Below are positions 44,789-50,026 of a DNA stretch of 50,026 nucleotides, piece after piece. The notes below the pieces were generated by a model. The model was not told the origin of the DNA. It ran no database searches and saw only the letters and a list, made by a program, of their open reading frames with translations. Source of the DNA: an uncultured Anaerolineales bacterium. GTDB taxonomy: Bacteria; Chloroflexota; Anaerolineae; UBA1429. The stretch lies in assembly GCA_964416075.1 (NCBI GenBank), contig CAYQDH010000002.1, forward strand, positions 1-50,026. The letters are read 5' to 3'. Position 1 is the first letter of the stretch; each line of letters starts with the position of its first letter. A program made the translations under genes and the position numbers.

Positions 44789-44975
44789 GACTGATTCGCC
44801 GCCGTTACCGTTCTCCTTTCCAAGGATGGGGGGCGTGACTGTTTCCGGCCACACCTTCTTGACGGTCCACAAGACCGCCAGCGATCACAGGCCCTAGCCA
44901 TCGCTGGACATCGTCACACCAACGAGCGCGTTAGGCTATGTGATTCGGAGAACAAGATATCCTGTTGTGAACGAA
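44789..44975 (-). promoter_or_regulatory. Riboswitch-like leader (multi-helix element plus antiterminator) upstream of ecfT
   Basis: On the minus strand GGUGUGAC (44920-44913) pairs with GUCACGCC (44839-44832). That helix encloses the CCAGCGAU/AUCGCUGG hairpin (44907-44900 with 44885-44878) and GACGAUGUCC/GGACCGUC. CCCCAUCC (44831-44824) is complementary to GGAUGGGG (44771-44764) in the terminator. I recognise no known riboswitch class. Confidence 0.45.
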
Positions 44976-44979
44976 AGCC

Positions 44980-45007
44980 ATTATAGTTTGATCGCGCACA
45001 AACGCAA
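44980..45007 (-). promoter_or_regulatory. Possible internal promoter for the ecfT leader
   Basis: On the minus strand, TTGCGT (45007-45002), a 16-nt spacer, then TATAAT (44985-44980). It is followed by the imperfect palindrome AACAGGATATCTTGTT (44966-44951). Confidence 0.35.
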
Positions 45008-45039
45008 GGACATCAAGGCGGGTTTTGGCCCAGAGCTAG

Positions 45040-45249
45040 CTAATCGACAGCAACCATGACACTGGACGCCTTGATCACGGCATAAGCTTCCTTGCCCACC
45101 TTCAGCCCGAGGCTCTCGGCGGATGTCTTGGTGATGATAGACACCACCTCGAGGCCCCCTGGTAGCTCAATAACCACCTCAGAATTCACCGCGCCGGGGG
45201 TTATCTTCTTCACCACACCCTTTAAAACGTTGCGAGCGCTGAGTCTCAT
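45040..45249 (-). CDS. mop: Molbindin (Mop/TOBE-domain molybdate/tungstate-binding protein)
   Basis: 69 aa: MRLSARNVLKGVVKKITPGAVNSEVVIELPGGLEVVSIITKTSAESLGLKVGKEAYAVIKASSVMVAVD, a textbook Mop/TOBE pattern. RBS GGGAGG. Confidence 0.85.
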   Translation of the reverse strand: MRLSARNVLKGVVKKITPGAVNSEVVIELPGGLEVVSIITKTSAESLGLKVGKEAYAVIKASSVMVAVD

Positions 45250-45280
45250 AATACGGACCTCCCTATCATATACGATTGTA

Positions 45281-45298
45281 GCTCTTCAGCTGAAGAGC
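45281..45298. promoter_or_regulatory. Perfect 18-bp palindrome between the mop promoter and its RBS (operator or 5'-UTR hairpin)
   Basis: GCTCTTCAGCTGAAGAGC is exactly self-complementary. It lies downstream of the -10 box and upstream of GGGAGG. Confidence 0.5.
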
Positions 45299-45310
45299 CT
45301 TACATATCAT

Positions 45311-45339
45311 ATTATACTACTATTACGATCAAATTTCAA
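45311..45339 (-). promoter_or_regulatory. Near-consensus sigma70 promoter of mop
   Basis: On the minus strand, TTGAAA (45339-45334), a 17-nt spacer, then TATAAT (45316-45311), in an AT-rich island. Confidence 0.6.
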
Positions 45340-45375
45340 TACTTTCAAAGGAGCTTCGATTCCTCGCCCCGCTTT

Positions 45376-46833
45376 TCATAACGCCGGACTATCAGCCGCA
45401 GGTGCCGCCGGCCGACTGCCTTCGCGCAGCCACGGTGGCACCAGCAGCCCGGCCTCGCACCAGGCCGCCGCGTGGCCCAATACCTCCGCCACAGGCCCAT
45501 CATCCAACACTCGTCCATCGCCGAGCAGGATCAAGCGATCCACGTACCTGGCCACCCAATCCAGATCGTGTGTGGCGGCGACGACGACATAGCCCGCCTG
45601 CGCCAGGGCGCGCGCTGCGCCACCCACGATGGCGCGGTGGCCGTCATCCTGTCCTAGCGTCGGCTCGTCGAGCAGCAGGCCGTGCCTGGGCTGGCGCATG
45701 AGCAGGATGGCCAGGGCCAGTCGCTTCTTTTCTCCCTCGCTCAGCAGTAGCGGCGGCGTTTGCTCGTATGGGGCCAGGCCCAGCGCCTGCAATGCCCAGT
45801 CATACATGGCATCGTCGGGGTGCGCCAGCCGGTAGCGCATCTCCATCTCCACAGTCGGGTTGAAAAGCTGCCAATCGGGGTTCTGGAACATCAGCCCCAG
45901 GTCGGGTCGCGTCCCATCCGCCGCCGCGATCTGCCCCGTATAGGGGTGCAGCCCCGCACAAGCCCGCAGCAGCGTCGTCTTCCCTACGCCATTGCGCCCC
46001 ACCAGTGCCACTACCTCGCCGCCCGGTAGCTGCAGATCGAGGCCCTCGAAGAGCCTGCGCTCGCCATGCCCCAGTTCCAGCCCCCTAATGGCTATCTCCA
46101 CCTGCCGTTGGTAGAGAGGAGGAAGGACTTGAGCCTGCTCCGTGCCTGCCTCGAGCGACGGGTTTTCGGCCCGGTGGCCGCCGGCCATGGCATAGCGGTG
46201 GATGGCCCCACCGTGAAAGTATGCGTCGCGGTGCTCGCAGACAACCACCGTGCCGCCCTGTGCTCTCAAGTCGGCCAGGTCGGCGACGAGCTGGGTTGCG
46301 GCGGCGGTATCCAGCATGGAGAGTGGCTCGTCCAGGACCAGGGCGCCGGTCTGCCGGGCCAGGGTAGCGGCCAGCATCAGCCGCTGCTGTTCCCCACCGC
46401 TGAGGGTCTGGGGGGAACGCTCGCCCAAGCCTGTCAGCCCAAAGCGCTGCAGACTGGATGTGATCCTTGATTCGATCTCTTTCGCGGGCAGCCCGAGGTT
46501 CTCCAGGCCGAAGGCGACTTCTTCCTCCACGGTGGATGCGACGGACTGCACAGCGGGATTCTGGAACATCAGCCCCACCCGCTCGGCGATCTGCCACATC
46601 TCGGCCTGGTCGGTGCGCAGGTCGCCGACCCACACCTGGCCGCGCATCTCTCCTCGGTAGAGGTGGGGAATGAGGCCCGCCAGGCAGCGTGCCAGAGTGC
46701 TCTTGCCGCACCCCGAAGGCCCGGTAATGACCCATGTCTCGCCGGGAGCAGCCAATAGGTCGATATCCTGCAGGCCCAGGCCATGCTGTGGATAGCGGTA
46801 GCTCAGGCCCTCGGCGCGCAGTGAAATAGACAT
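45376..46833 (-). CDS. ecfA: Fused double ABC ATPase of an ECF-type transporter (EcfA-EcfA')
   Basis: Two ABC cassettes. Walker A motifs are GPSGCGKS and GRNGVGKT, Q-loops are MFQNP twice, and signatures are LSGGEQQR and LSEGEKKR. The start MSISLRAEGL is at 46833. Confidence 0.85.
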   Translation of the reverse strand: MSISLRAEGLSYRYPQHGLGLQDIDLLAAPGETWVITGPSGCGKSTLARCLAGLIPHLYRGEMRGQVWVGDLRTDQAEMWQIAERVGLMFQNPAVQSVASTVEEEVAFGLENLGLPAKEIESRITSSLQRFGLTGLGERSPQTLSGGEQQRLMLAATLARQTGALVLDEPLSMLDTAAATQLVADLADLRAQGGTVVVCEHRDAYFHGGAIHRYAMAGGHRAENPSLEAGTEQAQVLPPLYQRQVEIAIRGLELGHGERRLFEGLDLQLPGGEVVALVGRNGVGKTTLLRACAGLHPYTGQIAAADGTRPDLGLMFQNPDWQLFNPTVEMEMRYRLAHPDDAMYDWALQALGLAPYEQTPPLLLSEGEKKRLALAILLMRQPRHGLLLDEPTLGQDDGHRAIVGGAARALAQAGYVVVAATHDLDWVARYVDRLILLGDGRVLDDGPVAEVLGHAAAWCEAGLLVPPWLREGSRPAAPAADSPAL

Positions 46834-46840
46834 AGCCGCG

Positions 46841-47527
46841 TCAATCCAGCTTGAGCGGCACCCAATTGGGATCACCGCGCTCCACGTACAGCACGGGACG
46901 TCCATCGCGCAGGGCGGGGCGCAGTTTCCCGCCCGTGTCGATCAGCCCTTCCACGATGGGGTCCCCTGCCATATTCAGCACCGCCACGATTCCCGACGCC
47001 AATATTGCCTCGACGGACTGGATGCCCGCGAGTTCGCGGATCGTGCCTACCAAAATGAAACGCCCGTCTTGGCCTGATGCGCCCAGTCCCACGGCCGATA
47101 GGGCGCCGATCACGCCATCCTCCGTGCCTCCCAGGCCGCGCAGAAACAGGCCATACGCTGCGGCCAGCTGTCGCGCCTCACCCTGGCCCACCAACTCGGT
47201 CTGTGCGCGGTGCCCAAAGCGAGTGATGGCCGCTGGAACCTGGCGCGCGATGCATACGCCGGGATCGCTGCCCTCGGGACTTTCATTCTTCACATAATCT
47301 GAGACGAAATCTCCTAACTCGTTCAGGTCGGCCTCGCTCTGCAAGTGAATGCAGGCCGAGCTGTTGCGCTTCGTCATCGGCACGCGGGGATCGACGAGAA
47401 GCTGGTGGCGCGAGATGCCGAACAGGTCGCCGAATCGCCCCAGGTGATCGACCATCTGCCGCGCCAGCTTGCCCGTGCCGCGCTCCCAGTCAACGATATC
47501 CGTATCATCCAACCCGATGTAGATCAT
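46841..47527 (-). CDS. Stand-alone protein resembling the TiaS N-terminal kinase (TCKD/DUF1743-like) domain
   Basis: MIYIGLDDTDIVDWERGTGKLA..., VDPRVPMTKRNSSACIHL, SDPGVCIA and GVIGALSAVGLG parallel my recollection of archaeal TiaS blocks (VGIDDTDS..., NPTIPYKTRGNGA, NPG, GLIGALAAVG). The CDS itself is solid but the family call is tentative. Confidence 0.5.
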   Translation of the reverse strand: MIYIGLDDTDIVDWERGTGKLARQMVDHLGRFGDLFGISRHQLLVDPRVPMTKRNSSACIHLQSEADLNELGDFVSDYVKNESPEGSDPGVCIARQVPAAITRFGHRAQTELVGQGEARQLAAAYGLFLRGLGGTEDGVIGALSAVGLGASGQDGRFILVGTIRELAGIQSVEAILASGIVAVLNMAGDPIVEGLIDTGGKLRPALRDGRPVLYVERGDPNWVPLKLD

Positions 47528-47612
47528 GCTTTCCCCTCGTTATGGCGGGACGTGCAGCGCCCGACACTCGTAGTGAAGTGGTCGAGGCATTCTGCCTCGT
47601 CCCGCATTGACA

Positions 47613-48971
47613 CTAGACCTTGGCGTGTAGCGCCTGTGACTCGCGCAAACGTTCGATCGCTTGTCCCAGCTCATCATCGGACACGGGGCAACCACGCAGC
47701 CACAGGATATCGACTCCGGGCGCCATACCCAATTGCGGAGCGCGCTCCAACACAGCATGGGCATAGGACGCGCTGCAGTCCCCTAGGATGAGCTCCTGGT
47801 GCCAGGCATTGCGCTCCACGTCAGCCCCCACGAACACCTGATCTCCCGCCGCGCTCACCCGCAGATAAGAGATATCGGCCGGATCGTGCCCGGCCAGCGC
47901 CTGGCGGCCCAGCTCCAGGCAGCGCTGACAGACAGCCCCCGACCCTTGGAGCGCCTCGATGATCGCGGGCACAGGGGCCGGGCAGCCGGCGATCATCGTG
48001 CCCAGGTGGCTGCAATCCTTGGCGCAGTCGCCGATGGCGATGACCGTGCCCTCGACCTGGGGCGCGTCCCCCTCGGAACCGACGATGATATGGAGCGGCT
48101 TGAGCAGCTTCTGGCGCGCAAAACGGTGCAGGGCCGTGTTGGCAAACGCCCTGCACCCGCTGCAGGCGTTGCGGTCGTGAACCTGCAGGCCAGGCAAGGC
48201 CTGTTGCAGCTCTTCGGCAGCCCCGATAAAGCGCCGCTTGGCACAGTCCGCGACCGTCTCGCCCACCACCTCGATGCGCTGCGGGTCGCCGATCCCCAGG
48301 CCCTCCTCGATGGCCCATTGCAGGTTGCGGGTGCGCCAGGTCATCATCATCAGCTCTCTCGCCACCACATCCACCGCCACGGGATCATCCCCGGCCAACA
48401 TCACCTGGGCGTGCACCGGATGCTGAAAGCCAACGCCCCCGGCGATCCCTTCGGCCCCCACCAGGCCGTCGACGATGATCAGGTCGGGGCTGCGCACGCG
48501 GTTCAGGTCCACCAGGAACTCTTCCAGCAGGTATTGGCTGTGCACCTCGGAGCGTTTCCATTGCGGTGTGCAGCCAAAGCTGTTCTTCAGTGTCACGGTA
48601 TGGTCGGCGTGGGGGCCGGCATCCAGGTTGTAGAGCTCGACCCCGCTCCGAGCCGCCATCTCCCGCCACCCTCCAGTAGGAAAGCCGCTATCTATGGCGA
48701 GGCCGAACCCCGGCGTTCCTTCGGCGACGATGATCCGCGCCGGAGAGCAGCGGCGCACTTGCTCGATCAGCGCTTCTACCAGCTCGACATGCGTCGTGCC
48801 CCCGGAACTGGCAGGACCGCTGCTGACGATATTCGGCTTGATGAGCACCGTTTGCCCGGGCCGTACGTAACGCTCGATTCCTCCCAGTTCGGCCAAGCAC
48901 TTGTCCAATACTTGCGCAGCCTGGCCGAGCTCGATCCACTTGTGCAACGCAACACTTGTGGTTTCCTTCAT
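47613..48971 (-). CDS. DUF362 domain protein with Cys-rich C-terminal extension
   Basis: From MKETTSVALHKW. VRPGQTVLIKPNIV and TLKNSFGC are typical of DUF362. C-terminal cysteines are CSGCRAF, GDCAKDC, AGCP and CQRC. GACGAGG lies upstream of ATG 48971. Confidence 0.7.
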   Translation of the reverse strand: MKETTSVALHKWIELGQAAQVLDKCLAELGGIERYVRPGQTVLIKPNIVSSGPASSGGTTHVELVEALIEQVRRCSPARIIVAEGTPGFGLAIDSGFPTGGWREMAARSGVELYNLDAGPHADHTVTLKNSFGCTPQWKRSEVHSQYLLEEFLVDLNRVRSPDLIIVDGLVGAEGIAGGVGFQHPVHAQVMLAGDDPVAVDVVARELMMMTWRTRNLQWAIEEGLGIGDPQRIEVVGETVADCAKRRFIGAAEELQQALPGLQVHDRNACSGCRAFANTALHRFARQKLLKPLHIIVGSEGDAPQVEGTVIAIGDCAKDCSHLGTMIAGCPAPVPAIIEALQGSGAVCQRCLELGRQALAGHDPADISYLRVSAAGDQVFVGADVERNAWHQELILGDCSASYAHAVLERAPQLGMAPGVDILWLRGCPVSDDELGQAIERLRESQALHAKV

Positions 48972-49025
48972 AATGACCTCGTCAATTTGTCTTTTCCTCT
49001 TGATCGGCGGTGCCATGCGTCGACC

Positions 49026-50026
49026 CTATCCCAACCGTCCGATGCGCGCCAGCCCGTCGGCCACATCACCCATCCCCAGCGCCTCCAGGCTCGCGCGGGT
49101 CGGGTACCCGTTGCTGGGACTCCAGCCGCGCATCTCGTAATAGCGGTCCAGCATCGGACTAAAGCGCTCCAGGTCGAGCACCACGCCATCGCTAAGGGCG
49201 GGTTCGGTCATCGTCTGGGCCGCGGACCAATCCACGGTGCGGTTGCGGTCGTGGTTGCGCACATCGACAGCCCGTAGTTGGTTAAAGATGCGCGAGCCTG
49301 CCTCCGTGAGCGTGGCTAAATCGGTCTCCTGGCCCGTGCAGGCCGAATAGAGCTTGGCCATCATCTCCGTATCCGCCGCGCGATCCTCGCTCTCCATGCT
49401 AAAGATGCGTGGCTGTTCATAGTCGCACAGCGTCAGCGATTCTAATAGCATCCCCCAGTTGTGATGCAGGATGGCCGGGATCACCTTCGTATCCGGCTTG
49501 TCGTATGTGTACGCGGGGTTATACACATCCGGCTCCCCATACACTCGCTCGCAGATGGCCCGCGCCTGTTCGGCGGTCACCGGCCCGCGGTTCGGACCGT
49601 GCTCTGGCAGGTAACTGAGCAGATGGGTCGTATAGGCGTGGGTTGAATCGCTGGCCGGATCGCGCGTATCCACGCAGAACTGCAGCACGGGCACCAGCCA
49701 AAAAGGAAAGTAGGGCCGTCCGCCCGTGCCCCAGTGGGCATTCCAATGGTTTGTCTGCCCAAAGCGCCGGGGGTAGATCCGGTCGAGGAGTGGCGCTCCC
49801 GCACCGCCAAAGAGGCGCTCCGCGGCATAGCAAGCGCCATCGGCCAGCGCGTCGCCCAACTCCCCCTCTCTCAGCGCTATCGTGCGCACCATGTTGATCG
49901 TGAACTCCGGCGACTGTCGCGGCACATCCTCCAGATAGTGGATCTCCTTATCCGGCACGGGGATGGGGATGCCGTCGATCGTATCGATCAGGCCATGTTG
50001 CTTGCACATCATCAGCCAGGGGATGA
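49026..50026 (-). CDS. Second aldehyde:ferredoxin oxidoreductase family gene (C-terminal two thirds; N-terminus beyond window)
   Basis: The frame is open to the window end (…IPWLMMCKQHGL…). The AOR domain 2/3 pattern runs to ...YYEMRGWSPSNGYPTRASLEALG, mirroring the end of the first AOR (YYESMGWDPKTGLPTREKLASLG). Confidence 0.85.
   Translation of the reverse strand, partial: IPWLMMCKQHGLIDTIDGIPIPVPDKEIHYLEDVPRQSPEFTINMVRTIALREGELGDALADGACYAAERLFGGAGAPLLDRIYPRRFGQTNHWNAHWGTGGRPYFPFWLVPVLQFCVDTRDPASDSTHAYTTHLLSYLPEHGPNRGPVTAEQARAICERVYGEPDVYNPAYTYDKPDTKVIPAILHHNWGMLLESLTLCDYEQPRIFSMESEDRAADTEMMAKLYSACTGQETDLATLTEAGSRIFNQLRAVDVRNHDRNRTVDWSAAQTMTEPALSDGVVLDLERFSPMLDRYYEMRGWSPSNGYPTRASLEALGMGDVADGLARIGRLG

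Noticed and set aside
43831-44901. The full 356-aa track ORF for the EcfT gene.
   Set aside because: Its upstream third runs through an 11-bp-stem, U7 intrinsic terminator and the structured leader, and the translation there is Arg/Ser/Pro-rich. The EcfT homology begins at MVEDSPLRRADPRTKL (ATG 44517).
44880-44960. A plus-strand resemblance, ATCGTCACACCAACGAGCG, to the P3 region of the THF riboswitch. I also briefly considered a cobalamin riboswitch.
   Set aside because: The similarity is on the strand antisense to the transcription unit. The other THF-conserved segments are missing. I found no B12-box-like element or GCCACUG-type element.

Overview
This is a high-GC bacterial chromosomal window (roughly 60% or more by eye) with about 40 credible genes on both strands. 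I found no rRNA, tRNA, CRISPR array, transposase or integrase. All family names come from reading motifs and from memory; no search was run.

Gene content from left to right:
- 1-1335: a membrane histidine kinase, cut by the window edge.
- 1481-6163: a carbohydrate and sulfatase group, made of a GH-like hydrolase, a Cys-type sulfatase and a sugar-phosphate isomerase.
- 6350-8592: two translationally coupled radical-SAM genes.
- 8804-10972: a tungsten/molybdenum-type aldehyde:ferredoxin oxidoreductase (AOR), preceded by a promoter, a Moco/Tuco-riboswitch-like aptamer and an intrinsic terminator.
- 11147-12475: an AI-2E family permease.
- 12591-17414: a 1383-aa soluble PAS/GAF histidine kinase. 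It is coupled to a NarL-type response regulator whose receiver and HTH halves lie in different frames.
- 17656-20965: a flavoprotein, ApbE, membrane-anchored FMN-binding protein module.
- 21221-22666: an orphan receiver domain, a small membrane protein and a second frameshifted gene.
- 22875-33052: a uronate/glycosaminoglycan-type catabolic block. It holds a Gfo/Idh/MocA oxidoreductase, an L-fucose-isomerase-like protein, an amidohydrolase, a heparinase II/III-like protein, two enolase-superfamily dehydratases and an epimerase.
- 33286-41268: the most unusual region, a five-gene operon of a SWIM zinc-finger protein, a HEAT-repeat protein, a MoxR-type AAA+ ATPase, a large DUF5682-like protein and a vWA (MIDAS) protein. 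It looks YehLMPQ-like and its function is unknown.
- 36320-36598, inside that operon: three perfect-period 92-bp tandem repeats. Each carries a strong hairpin and a complete 28-codon Cys-x-x-Cys mini-ORF.
- 41508-42692: a second Gfo/Idh/MocA oxidoreductase.
- 42755-50026, minus strand: a second AOR (partial), a DUF362 protein, a TiaS-kinase-domain-like protein, a fused ECF ATPase, a molbindin (Mop), EcfT, a membrane-anchored protein and an ECF S-component. This cluster has its own near-consensus promoter with a palindrome, and a riboswitch-like terminator/antiterminator leader.
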